A stretch of 64,000 bases of DNA, taken from positions 88,677,392 through 88,741,391 of the forward strand of contig NC_058132.1 in the NCBI RefSeq assembly GCF_016433145.1, read 5' to 3'. Under the pieces are notes generated by a model. It searched no databases and was not told where the DNA came from. It saw only the letters and a program-made list of their open reading frames with translations. The DNA is from Gracilinanus agilis. Lineage: Eukaryota. The position numbers and the translations under genes were made by a program. Below, in pieces: positions 1 to 10,992 of this stretch; the first letter of the stretch is position 1, and the number at the start of each line of letters is the position of its first letter.

Positions 1-80
<80 letters not shown>
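1..80. repeat. (AT)n then (GT)n compound microsatellite
   Basis: AT repeat 1-44 and GT repeat 45-80 read directly. Confidence 0.98.
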
Positions 81-82
<2 letters not shown>

Positions 83-281
83 GTGCACGCATACAGATAT
101 TCCTAAGTTTGATAAAGCAGCTTGTTGCCTTGCTCCACTAAAGGCAAAATTCAATACTACACAAATAGCTGGGATAATGTAGTAATTGTGACTGGAATAT
201 AGAAGTCTTGTGAAGAATGGGCTTGTTGGTAGCTGGGAATAAATCCCATTTTCTGGATTCCTCTAATTAAAAGTCTGTGAC

Positions 282-960
282 AAATTAAAAATCTCCAGAT
301 GAAAACTAAATTAGAAATACTAAAAATCAAGGGAGAAATTAATAAAATTGAAAGTAAAAGAACTATTGAATTAATAAATAAGACTAGAAGCTGGTATTTT
401 GAAATGTCCTTCAATTGGGGAATGGCTGAACAAATTGTGGTATCTGCTGGTGATGGAATACTATTGTGCTCAAAGAAACAATAAACTGGAGGAATTCCAG
501 GTGAACTGGAAAGACCTCCAGGAACTGATGCAGAGCGAAAGGAGCAGAGCCAGAAGAATGTTGTACACAGAGACTGATATACTATGGTAAAATCAAATGT
601 AATGGACTTCTGTACCAGCAGCAATGCAATGACTCAGGACAGCTCTGAGGGATTTATGGTAAAGAATGCTACGCACATTCAGAGGAAGGACTGCAGGAGA
701 GGAAACATATAAGAAAAGCAACTGCTTGAACACATGGGTTGAGGTGGACATGATTGGGGATGTAGACTTGAAACTACCACACCAATGCAACTATCAACAA
801 TTTGGAAATAGGTTTTGATCAATGACACATGTTAAAACCAGTGGAAATGTGCATCGGCCATGGGTGGGGGAAGTGCGGTGGGTCAAGGGGAAAGTAGGAG
901 TATGAATCATGTAACCATGTTAAAAATGAATATTAATAAATGTTTAAAAAATTAAAAAAA
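282..960 (+). mobile_element. LINE-1, 5'-truncated with an internal jump (ORF2 tether piece fused to ORF2 C-terminus and 3'UTR)
   Basis: KTKLEILKIKGEINKIESKRTIELINKTRSWYFE is joined at about 403 to CPSIGEWLNKLWY..EYYC..WKDLQELMQSE. An L1 3'UTR and A-tail follow to 960. Imperfect TSD aaaagtctgtgac (269-281) / aaaagtgtctgcgac (957-971). Confidence 0.85.
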
Positions 961-3002
961 GTGTCTGCGACAAAAAGAGGCAAAAAGCATCCAGCTATAA
1001 GAGGGTGTTAAAGTTCCAAGTGATCATCAAAGAGTCATGCGTGTCACAATGTACTTCTTTCCTTTAGATCTATGTATCTTTATAAGATAACATTTTCAGC
1101 AATGAGAGTAATAAAATAAATTGAACAGAACTGTAACAGAAAGTGTTTGTATGAGACAGACTGAGAGACAAACAGACAGAAACAGAGACAGTGATAGTGA
1201 CAGAGAGAGTCAGAGATAGAGACATAGAGAGAGAGCTATGAAACATAATAAAAAAAATTTAGCTCCTGCCCTGAAGGAGCTTCCCTTATGATAAAGAAAA
1301 CACATAAAATGGTACAATAGATAGTGGGGATGGTCATTGGAGAAAGTAGTCTGGAAAGCCAAGCGTGGATCTAGGAGGGGAATGAAAGAATGAGCATGGT
1401 CAGTTTGTGTACTTCCTAAAATGGGAATTCTGGGTAATCACCAATCAAAAGAGGATGTTGCTAGGATGGAGAGATCTTCCACATAAGAAGAGTGCTAGGC
1501 TATATTGGAGAAATCTGTTGAGTCAGGAGTGGAACCAGGAAAGAAATTAAATAAATAAGTTTCTTTATATTGAGGGTGGGGGAGGTTGTATGTGCTAATT
1601 TTTTTTTTAATGATAGAAGTACAAGTTAAAATGTTGAGGATTACAAGTCTATATCTATTTCAGGAGATATATGCTGATATTCTTTCCTCCATTTTTAGTT
1701 TAAACCCCTCCCAGTAATACATTTGCTTGAAATCTTGCAAACCTTATTAATAGCCTTAAGTATTGTTCATTTCTAGGCACTGTTCAAGGCTGTAGGCTTG
1801 AGATGAAATGTATGTTCTGACTTCAGATACCTAAACATTTACCTTTCTCTTTTTTACATTCAATAGTTGCAGTACAAAAACATTATATCTGTCCCTAAAA
1901 ATTTTAGCTTCCTGACTAGGATTCCATAACTCTGGTAATGATCTAAATTTCTTTGGGATTCTTTCTATCACATTCCTAAAACTTTGTCTGAGAAGCTGCT
2001 TTTCAGCAAGCTTCTGAGGTTGTCCTTCTCTATTTCAAACTATAAAATATGAGATTAAATACATATTCCTATTTTTTGACTCTAACTCCGACTCATTATC
2101 CCTATTGTCAGAATAGAAATCAGACTATGGGACTACATTTCCTTTTTCATCAGATTTCTGTGCTCTTTTTAATTTGGGCATGGTAACTTTCTTTAGTCAT
2201 GGCAGATGGTGGGTAGCTGCAATATTGTTGCCCCTGACCTACATGCTTATAGAATATAAACTACCTCCACAAGACCTTGAATATATATCAGGGACTTATT
2301 ATGATTTTAATTTATTCATGTTTATGTATATAGATTATATATTCCTCTCTTATTTTTGGGAAAAGTGATATATATTTGGGGGAAGTGACAAACAATATAT
2401 ATATATAATATTAATTAATGATCTAAGAAGACATTAAACAATATATATATTTAGCATATGTATATATGTATATTATTTAATGCCTTCTTAGATTATTAAT
2501 TGAGTAGTTTAGCCATACATCCTTTACCAAGTCTATTGTTGATGTGTAGATGAATATTTACCATGTTGGAATATTATTTTGTATCATGTTCAGTTTATGT
2601 TAGGATTAGATCCCAGGTAGTATCTTATCCTCCTGAGGTGGGGGGCGGTTATGAAGTTATTCTAAAAGTTCATAGACAGATCTTTTTAAAGATTTTTAAA
2701 GATCTTTTTAGTGTTTACCAATAACTTAGACCAGGAAAGCAGATGTCATGGAAAAGATGCTGTAAGGACCATTATGATTATAAATGGACTAAAAAGATGT
2801 TAGCAGTAGAGGATATCGCTAGAAATCAAGCACTTCATCACCAGCCTGTCAGCGAGTCTTTGGATATAATGAACTGAACTGTATGGGGTTGGGCCTTCCA
2901 TCTACTTTTGTTCTTCCCGTGTGTTGTTATTTTATCATGATTGTAAAACCCTTGTGCCAAAAAAGGGAATACCTCCAAATAGCCCCTTTCAATGTGCCCA
3001 AA

Positions 3003-3037
3003 ATTGCTTCTTGGCTTTTTGGCTAAGATCAAGTGTA
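3003..3037 (+). pseudogene. RNU2: 3'-truncated U2 snRNA retropseudogene (U2 nt 1-35)
   Basis: attgcttcttggctttttggctaagatcaagtgta matches U2 ATCGCTTCTCGGCCTTTTGGCTAAGATCAAGTGTA at 32/35. All three changes are C>T, two at CpG. Flanked by 15-bp direct repeats matching 13/15 (2988-3002, 3038-3052). Confidence 0.88.
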
Positions 3038-3099
3038 TTCAGTGTGCCAAAAAAAATCATTTTAACATGTTAAACACCTAAATTGGAGTTAGACTCCCC

Positions 3100-3657
3100 A
3101 TGAAATGTATAATATTTTTGTGCCTTTATGTTCTCTGGTGAGATAATCCTGAAATATATAGACATCATATATGAGATTGGGGAGACTAACATGTTAATCT
3201 CCCAAAGAATCAGAGGGAGAATTGTGTGAATTTGAATATAAACTGTACGCCCTTATTCCATTTGAAAAAAAAAACACATTCTTAGGAAAAATCAGCCCCA
3301 CTCTTTGACTGGCTGTCCATGTGTACCATAGCAGGTTGCCAAAGGTCTCATGGTTCCCTGGATTCCTAGAAAAGCTCAAGTGCTGCATGACTTCTGGCAT
3401 CTGGAAGACTTGATTCTAACTAGACTGAGGTTGCTTGTCCAACCAGAGAGATGCACAAGGAATGATATCATTGGCCTTATAAGAAAGGGGAACAGTCATG
3501 CCCTCTTTTGCGCTGGAGATCTCGTGAGTGGAGCTGGAGCTAGGTAGTGTTTAAAGTGACTAGGAATGAAGGCAGCTGGGTGATCATGGGATCTCTCTTA
3601 CACCTTTACTAATAAATATTTATAAATTAATATATGGTTTCTAGAGAATTTTTCTCA
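3100..3657 (+). mobile_element. LTR-like element
   Basis: TATA-like cttataagaaaggg near 3476, downstream aataaa near 3611 and LTR-like composition. Ends and TSD not resolved. Confidence 0.35.
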
Positions 3658-3810
3658 TATTGCTTCAAGGCAGAAGAGTAAGGCCTAGAGAATGAGGATT
3701 AAGTAACTTGCCCAGGCTCACACAGCTAGGATGTACTGAAACCAGATTTGAACTCAAGACCTCCTTTCTCTAAGCTTGGCTCTCAATCCACTGAGTCACC
3801 TAATCCCTCC
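3658..3810 (-). mobile_element. CORE-SINE (older SINE1_Mdo-like)
   Basis: aaggcagaagagtaagg..aagtaacttgcccagg.tcacacagctag..gatttgaactcaagacctcc..tccactgag is an antisense tRNA-derived CORE-SINE. Confidence 0.75.
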
Positions 3811-3988
3811 TCAGCTGATCCCCTACCCCACATAACTTCTCCCTCTAATTGTCTTCCTAATATAAATTCATTATAATGACATGCCATTCTATCTTCTTCA
3901 GACATCCATTGCTTGTTTTCACTCTCCTTTATGCTCTTGACATTAGAAATATTTCCATGCAAGTAGTTATTTAAAAAGAGAGAAGCTA

Positions 3989-4617
3989 TAAGACCAAGAA
4001 TATCAAGGGAAATAATGAAAAAAATATGAAGGAAGGTGGCCTAGCAGTACCAGATCTTAAACTGTACTATAAAGCAGTGGTCATCAAAACAATATGGTAC
4101 TGGCAAAGAGATAGAAGGGAGGATCAGTGGAATAGACTTGGGGTAAGTAACCTCAGCAAGACAGTCTGTGATAAACCCAAAGAACCCAGCTTTTGGGACA
4201 AAATCCCACTATTTGACAAAAACTGCTGGGAAAATTGGAAAACAATATGGAAGACATTAGGTTTAGGTCAATATCTCACACCCTATACCAAGATAAACTC
4301 AGAATGGGTGAAAGACTTGAATATAAAGAAGGAAACTGTAAGTAAATTAAGTGAACACAGAATAGTATACTTGTCAGATCTATGGGAAGGGAAAGATTTT
4401 ACAACCAAGCAAGAGTTAGAAAAAAATCACAAGGTGTAAAATAAATAATTTTGACTACATTAAACTAAAAAGGTTTTGTACAGACAAAGCCAATGCTAAC
4501 AAAATTAGAAGGTAAACAACAAATTGGGAAAAAATCTTTATAACAAAAAACTCAGATAAAGGTCTAATTACTCCAATATACAAGGAGCTAAATCAATTGT
4601 ACAAAAAATCAAGCCAT
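3989..4617 (+). mobile_element. LINE-1 ORF2 fragment (post-RT region)
   Basis: EGGLAVPDLKLYYKAVVIKTIWYW..DQWNRL..LFDKNCWENW..LTPYTKINSEWVKDLNIK. Confidence 0.93.
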
Positions 4618-4629
4618 ATATGACCTTTT

Positions 4630-5135
4630 CACAGAACGTTAAAGCTGGAAGTGACCTCAAAAGTCATCCAATACTTTAATTTTTTAGGGGTAAGGGTATC
4701 TGTGATTTCATTAGCACAGTGAACTCTTAGTCATGAAATATCTTTTACCCATGCAGATCAACACCTCCTCTGCAACTGTAGTCTTGGAGAGTTTCCTGAG
4801 GAACTGACAGATTAGGTGATTTGCCTAGGATAACATAATCTGTTTATGTCTGAGGCAGGACTTGAACCCTGTTCTTCTTGGTTCTGAAGCCAGGTCTTCA
4901 TATACTATATCATACTGCCTAATTAAATTTTTGAAAAGAACAGAAAGGAAGCAAACATTTATTAAGTGCATTCTATGTGCTAGGCACTGTGCTAAGTGCT
5001 GTATAAAGATTCTATTTGATCTTCATAACTTTGGGGAAAACTGCTATTATTATTCCCATTTTATATTTCAATAAATTGAGAGAAACAAAGATTAAGTGAC
5101 TTGCCCAGGATCATACAACTAGTAAGCATCTGAAG
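4630..5135 (-). mobile_element. Cluster of MIR/MAR-type CORE-SINE fragments
   Basis: Antisense cores at 4800-4900 (ggtgatttgcctagg..tctgaggcaggacttgaacc) and 4950-5135 (catttattaagtgc..aagtgacttgcccaggatcatacaactagtaag). Confidence 0.7.
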
Positions 5136-5628
5136 CCCCCACATCTGAAGCCCCTAGCCCAGAAACTTTTGCTAAGTGATACTAGGTAGCCTAAGGAGTG
5201 ACCCTATGTGGTAGTTTAAGTAGGTTTGGGATATAGGAGGAGGGGGAGAGGCTGCAAGTACTTTTATGTGTGTTTTAATATAAATGTGTAGATACATGTT
5301 TATATGCAAATTAATCTTTCAATAAGCCTATTGGAAAAATGCAACATTAATGGAATTATCTCTCTTTCCAAAATAATTATCCTTTTCTCATGCCTGGGAG
5401 ACTTCAGTTTTGATTATAGAACTCTATATTTCTAAGTCCCACTTTTTCATCTCCCCATTGCCCAGCACTTATCTAGTCTCAAGTGTTTTCTTCCCCTGCC
5501 TCCAAAACCCCAAACTGGGTTTAGGGACTCATGGGGGCCAAGCCATTAGCCTTCAAGTCTCATCTGTATAAAAACACCTCACATCCCTTTGGACCCCAAG
5601 GATATGAGGAATAAATTAAAGATACAAA

Positions 5629-5672
5629 GAGGGGGGGGAGAGAGAGAGAGAGAGAGACAGAGAGAGAGAGAG
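5629..5672. repeat. (GA)n microsatellite
   Basis: Read directly. Confidence 0.95.
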
Positions 5673-6439
5673 CGCGCCACCAAAGTGGTATTGCTGAAAC
5701 ATACAGGATCCTGATTATCTGTATCTGTGAGTCTTGGGAGAAGGGAGGGGAGGGGTTCAGAAGAAAGAATCAATGTGTAGGAAATAAGAATTCATCCTTG
5801 TTCAGTGACCAGGGGTAGAGTCAGGGCTAGGTTGTAGAAAGTGCCCTGTGCAAGGAACGAAAATTGTTACTCTATTTCAAACTGGAGCTGACAGTGGTTT
5901 CAGGGTTTCTTTTAATGGCTTCTCCTATTAACCTCTGATTGAGTGGGGAAAGATGGAATGAATAGAACTGTACAGAAACCCTAGGACTTTTCTGGGTGGA
6001 CATGGAATCTAATATTTTCTAGCATATCGAATAATGGGAGATGAAGAAAGCTTTGGTCACCCCAACCCTTCTCTGGATTCGGCTCCTCTTCTGATTTAAC
6101 CTCTTTGTTACCAATGATTCACTTGCCATGATAGGTATATAATACTATACTCCCATTAGCAATGACTTTGCCATAAAAGGAAAAATCAATGTCTTTTTGA
6201 TGCTTGACTTGTCCTACTTAATTCCTAGTGATCTAAGTCACTGGCCAGAGGGACACTGGAGTCTGAAATATCTTGCTGAAGTCTAGAATATAGAATCTTA
6301 TTGAGAAAAGTGAAAAGGTGGAAATTAGATGGTAAAAAGAGGAAAGAAAGGAAAAAAGGGAATAGGAATTAGGTAGAAATCCAAATAAAGTGATATTTAA
6401 TAATAATAAAATAATATATTAAAATTTATAATATAAATG

Positions 6440-6670
6440 TTTATATAGCACTATGCCAGACTTTACATATATTTATTCCTTTATTTACATATATTAACTC
6501 CTTTGATCCTCACCAAAGCTCTAGGAACTAAATGAAATTATATCTATTTTACAGATGAGGAAGCAGAGGTAATAGAAGTTAAGTGACTTGTTGCAAGGTC
6601 ACACAATTAGTTGGTGTCAGAGGTTGGATTTGAAGTCAGGTCTGGCACCTCATCCACCATGCCACCTCAG
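6440..6670 (-). mobile_element. MIR SINE
   Basis: ttttacagatgaggaagcagagg..gttaagtgacttg..aaggtcacacaattag..ggatttgaagtcagg. Confidence 0.8.
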
Positions 6671-7459
6671 TGGGAAAAGAGATGGAGAAATAGCATAGAG
6701 AAAAAAGCGATGGTTGAAATATAGAGAAGTGATTAATTATTATAAAATGGTATAGAGAGAAATAGCATAGAGAGAAAAGAAGCATTGAAGGATAGTTAAA
6801 ATAGAGAGGAATGGTTAATTTTTCAGCAGGAATGGGCACACTAGAAATTATGAATCTATAAGTGAGATTGGCAAAGTGTTTAGTACTGGTGTCAGGGACC
6901 TGGACTTGGGCTAAATTTATTGCTAAATTAACGGTTCCCCCAAAAAAGATTGAATGCTTTGGAGAGCTAGGAAACCTTCAAAGAATGTACCACCTCCCCT
7001 TCCCCAACTCCCAATCTAAGGAAGGCAGCTACTACTCCCCATCAAATGACAATTTTATCTTTTGTTAACCATTTATTCTTATCCCACATAACCCTTCCTG
7101 TCCAGTTTAATGAGAAACAAAATTCCCAAATATAGCTAGTTTCCTTTATGACTCTATCCATTCCCAACAGGATCTCCCCTATGCCCCTTTTTCATACTTA
7201 TAGATTTATAGGACATTACAACTACAGACCTTGAGAGCTTTAAGATGATTTGATTGAACCCCTTCCTTTTACAGATGGGGTAAGATGCATAACAGAGATC
7301 ACCAGGTGAATTGCCAACAGGAAGGATCCAAACTTCTATTTCTTTTCAAGGTTCTCCTTCCAGGAATGGGTCATTGTAACTATAATGAATCAGATGTGGC
7401 CCTAGTGTTACTCAGGAGAGATGTCATCAAATATTGGTGAAACGTGGGATAGCCACAAT

Positions 7460-7493
7460 TTTTATTTTATTAATTCTCACACTGGCCCTCCAG
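7460..7493 (+). promoter_or_regulatory. Putative splice acceptor of the OR56A coding exon
   Basis: Pyrimidine-rich tract ending ccctccAG at 7493, 30 nt before the ATG. This is typical OR architecture. Confidence 0.5.
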
Positions 7494-7523
7494 AAGAAAA
7501 CTGGTCAGCTTGCAATCCATTCC

Positions 7524-8474
7524 ATGGCCCCTACACACAACAGCACTTCTACCACCTTCTCTGAGTTCCTCCTCATCTGCTTCCCTGGCTTTCAGAGCTG
7601 GCAGCACTGGCTCTCCCTGCCCCTGAGTCTACTCTTCCTTCTGGCCATGGGGGCCAATACGACTCTTCTAATCACCATTTGGCTTGAGGCATCTCTGCAT
7701 GAGCCCATGTACTACTTGCTCAGCCTTCTCTCCCTGCTGGATATTGTGCTCTGCCTCACGGTCATCCCCAAAGTCCTGCTCATCTTTTGGTTTAATCTCA
7801 AGACCATCAGTTTCTCTGCCTGCTTCTCCCAGATGTTTGTCATGAATAGCTTCTTAACTATGGAGTCATGCACCTTCATGGTTATGGCATATGACCGTTA
7901 TGTGGCCATCTGCCACCCCCTGAGATATCCATCCATCATCACTGATCACTTCGTGGCCAAGGCCGCTGTTTTTGTCATAGCTCGGAATGTCCTCTTTTCC
8001 CTCCCTGTCCCCATTCTCTCTTCCCGACTACGATACTGTGCACAGAACATCATCACAAATTGCATTTGCACCAACCTATCTGTTTCCACACTTTCTTGTG
8101 ATGATATCACTTTAAACAAGCTCTATCAGTTAGTGGCTGGTTGGACCCTGCTCGGCTCTGACCTCATCCTCATCATCCTCTCCTATACCTTTATTCTTCG
8201 TGCTGTGCTGAGGATCAAGGCAGAGGGTGCTGCTGCCAAGGCCCTGAGCACATGTGGTTCCCATTTCATCCTCATCCTCTTCTTCAGCACTATCCTCCTG
8301 GTTTTGATCATCACCAATGTGGCCAGAAAGAGAATCCCTCCTGATGTCCCCATTTTGCTCAACATCTTGCACCATCTAATACCTCCAGCCATGAACCCCA
8401 TTGTTTATGGTGTGAGGACCAAGGAAATTAATCAGGGGATCCAGAGGTTACTAAAGAGGCTGTTAGGTGAGTAA
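7524..8474 (+). CDS. OR56A: Class I olfactory receptor, family 56 subfamily A-like, 316 aa, intact
   Basis: MAPTHNSTS (N-glycosylation site), WQHWLSLPLSLLFLLAMGAN, LHEPMYY, MAYDRYVAICHPLRY, KALSTCGSH, PPAMNPIVYGVRT. Closely resembles human OR56A proteins. The track ORF starts at a TTG (7434); the first ATG is 7524. Confidence 0.95.
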   Translation: MAPTHNSTSTTFSEFLLICFPGFQSWQHWLSLPLSLLFLLAMGANTTLLITIWLEASLHEPMYYLLSLLSLLDIVLCLTVIPKVLLIFWFNLKTISFSACFSQMFVMNSFLTMESCTFMVMAYDRYVAICHPLRYPSIITDHFVAKAAVFVIARNVLFSLPVPILSSRLRYCAQNIITNCICTNLSVSTLSCDDITLNKLYQLVAGWTLLGSDLILIILSYTFILRAVLRIKAEGAAAKALSTCGSHFILILFFSTILLVLIITNVARKRIPPDVPILLNILHHLIPPAMNPIVYGVRTKEINQGIQRLLKRLLGE

Positions 8475-8848
8475 GGGACCAATTTCTGTCCTTAAAGGAG
8501 AAGCAGATTACATTTTTTGGGGTGGAAATTTTAATTTTAATTGTTTGTTTCCTTAATATAGTACTAGATTCTAATATTTGTTTTCTCTTAGGTCCTAAAT
8601 GAATGTGTAGGATTCTCCTTCCTTTCCTGAACTTCAGTTTTCCCATTTCCAGGGAGTCCTCTTTGCAAGGATGTGAGAGGCAAGATAATTGTAACTGAAA
8701 TTCTATTGACCATCAGAATGAAAGCCACTGATCAAGGTCTTCTGGGTGACAAAGTTTTCTTCTTCCTGGGGTAGACAACATGATGAGTTAACTAGTAAAC
8801 AGTTTGAAAGACTTCCCTTTGTGAGACAAGTCAAAAATGAAATTATTG

Positions 8849-9123
8849 GTACAGTGGAAAAAAGCACTATCCCTAAAGACTGGAAGACCTAACTAAGTTC
8901 AAACCCTTCCTTTGTCTCTTATTACCTTTGTGACAGTGGGCATCACAACTTCTGTCTACCTTAGTATCTACATCTATGAAATGGGGAAGATAATAGCACC
9001 CTACCTCCAAGATTATTATGAGGATAAAATGAGGTAATAGTTGTAAAGAATTTTACAAACTTTAAAGCACCATGTGAATGCTAGCATTTAGCATTATTCT
9101 TATTCTTATTCTTATTCTTATTA
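8849..9123 (+). mobile_element. MIR SINE with (TTCTTA)n tail
   Basis: gtacagtggaaaaaagcact..agttcaaaccc..catctatgaaatgggg..ataatagcaccctacctc..aaagcaccatgtgaatgctag, then simple repeat. Confidence 0.8.
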
Positions 9124-9389
9124 TAAAAAGTCAATCACTCTACATTCTACTCAAATTGGACTACTAGACACTTCTAAAACTATATCCTTGCATTTATACC
9201 AAAAATTTTCCCCAGCCCAGAACATTCTATTTCTCATGCTTGTCTCATATAATCCAATTAATCCTTGTCTTTCATTTAAGGCTGAATGAAGTTGTCATCT
9301 TTGAAAAAAATTTCTCTCATCTATTCTTTTAGTCCTCTCTACCTCCCCAGCTTTTCTTATATGACGCTTATCTGTAAATTCATTTGATC

Positions 9390-9470
9390 TCTGTTTGCCT
9401 GTGAATTCCCAGAGTCTAGCACAGTGCCTGGCACATTGAAAGTTTAACAAATGTTTGTCGATTTGAATTA
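9390..9470 (+). mobile_element. L2 3' end
   Basis: tctagcacagtgcctggcacattgaaagtttaacaaatgtttg. Confidence 0.65.
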
Positions 9471-9528
9471 TTTTAATTCTACTAATTTGACATTTGTGAC
9501 AATTAGTTTAGACATTGCTTGAAATTTT

Positions 9529-10992
9529 ACTTGGAAGCTCTTGAATTTGGCTATTATATTCCTGGGTGTTGTCCTTTCTGGGTCTAGTGTAGAGGGTGAT
9601 CTATGGATCCTTTCAATGTCTATATTGCCCTCTTGTTGTAGAACTTCAGGGCAATTTTGCTGAATTTTAGTATGGAGTCCAAATTTCTATTAATTTCTGC
9701 ATTTTCAGGAAGACCAATGATTTTCAGGTTGTCTCTTCTAGACCGGTTTTCTTGATCTATCAGTTTCTCATTGAGATATTTCATGTTTCCTTCTATTTTA
9801 TCTGTCTTTTGACTTTGTTTTATTTGATCTTGCTGTCTTGATAGATCATTGGCTTCTACTTGCCCAATTCTTGTCTTTAGAGACTGGTTTTCTGCTATAA
9901 GCTTTTGATTTTCCTTTTCAGTTTGGTCTGACCTGTTTTCCAGCTGTTTGATTTTAGTCTCCAATTTGCTTATTAATTCTTTTGATTTGGGGGCATCTTT
10001 TTCTAATTGCTCAATTCTAGCCTTTAGAGACTGGTTTTCGGCTACAATCTTTTGGTTTTCCTTTTCAATCTGGTAATTTCTGGTCTTTGATTTACTTGCC
10101 TCACTTTCCAATTGTGAAATTCTGCCTTTTAAACTGTTATTTTCTTGCCAGATCTCTTCCATCTTTCTCATGATCTCAGATCTGAACTCTTCAAGACCTT
10201 GTGACCCATTTTCATTGTTTTGCAAAGGTTTGGATTGTTTGTTCTCCTCAGTTGTTTCCTCTGTTGTCTGGCTTTTTTCTGTGTAAAAGTTGTCAAGTGT
10301 TAAAGGTTTTTTCTTCTTCATCTTTCTCTTCTGGTTTTCCTGATGGCTTGCCATATTAAGCTGAGTTCCCGCTTAGCTTTATGCTCTTGCCAAGGATCTG
10401 TTTGTGGCTCTTTAGAGATTCCTGAGGTCTCAGGTATAGTTGTTTTGGGACAAGTCTCCTGGTGGTCTCCTTGCTCATTCTTTTGCCTGAAGCTCCTTTA
10501 CCAGTCTCAGGGAGCTGCTTCCACAGTCAAGCACCTCTCTGCACTGGGTCCCCACTCAAGGTCCACTCCTGCACTCAGGATTACCCCCTTTGTCAGTGCC
10601 CTGGGCTCAGGGTCTGCGCTCAGAGTCCGCGAGTTCCTCAGCCTCCCAGGGGGTCCCAAGTCTTGCTGCTCCCAGGAACAAGCCCTGGTGAGCTGCCAAT
10701 GACCCAATGGGTGCCCCAAACCTGTTCTGCCTCCCGTGCGCTGGCTTTGGCATGGTAGGTGGTGTGGGGTGGGGGAAGGGGGTTCCTCTGCTCATGTTTT
10801 CCTGGGAGCTGTTTCACCCCTTTATAGCATGGAAATGCCCCGTTTCCAAGTACCTCTGATGCTGCGCCCTGTTGTGGTGTCCCTTCTTTCCTCTGGATTT
10901 GTTTTTATGTCTTCTTGAGGAGTCCTATATGGGTGGGTTAGGAGAAGTAAAGCAGCTGCTTTTTACTCTGCTGCCATCTTAACCCCAAAATC
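9529..10992 (-). mobile_element. LINE-1 with complete 5'UTR and most of ORF1, 3'-truncated, flanked by TSD
   Basis: 5' end ggggttaagatggcagcagag near 10986. ORF1 ATG at 10354 leads to a coiled coil, NRSRRDNLKIIGLPE, a frameshift near 9665, then NCPEVL..IERIHRSP..PRNIIAKFKSFQVK. TSD tgcttgaa(a/g)tttt at 9516-9528 / 10993-11005. No poly(A). Confidence 0.92.

Noticed and set aside
4026-4439. L1-derived ORFs as host genes (also 27141-27915, 28183-28521, 35092-35310)
   Set aside because: Fragments of ORF1p/ORF2p with stops and frameshifts, inside recognisable L1 copies.
6685-6785. Direct repeats atagcatagaga, and catctgaagcccc at 5128-5150
   Set aside because: Two-copy local slippage duplications in purine-rich or SINE-adjacent sequence; no spacer array structure.
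7434-7523. 30-aa N-terminal extension of the OR56A ORF
   Set aside because: It starts at TTG and crosses a likely splice acceptor (AG at 7493); the first ATG is 7524.
8130-8401. Antisense ORFs over the OR genes (also 23531-23731, 24335-24556, 39264-39464, 60416-60694)
   Set aside because: Short shadow ORFs explained by the codon structure of the sense OR; no recognisable motifs.
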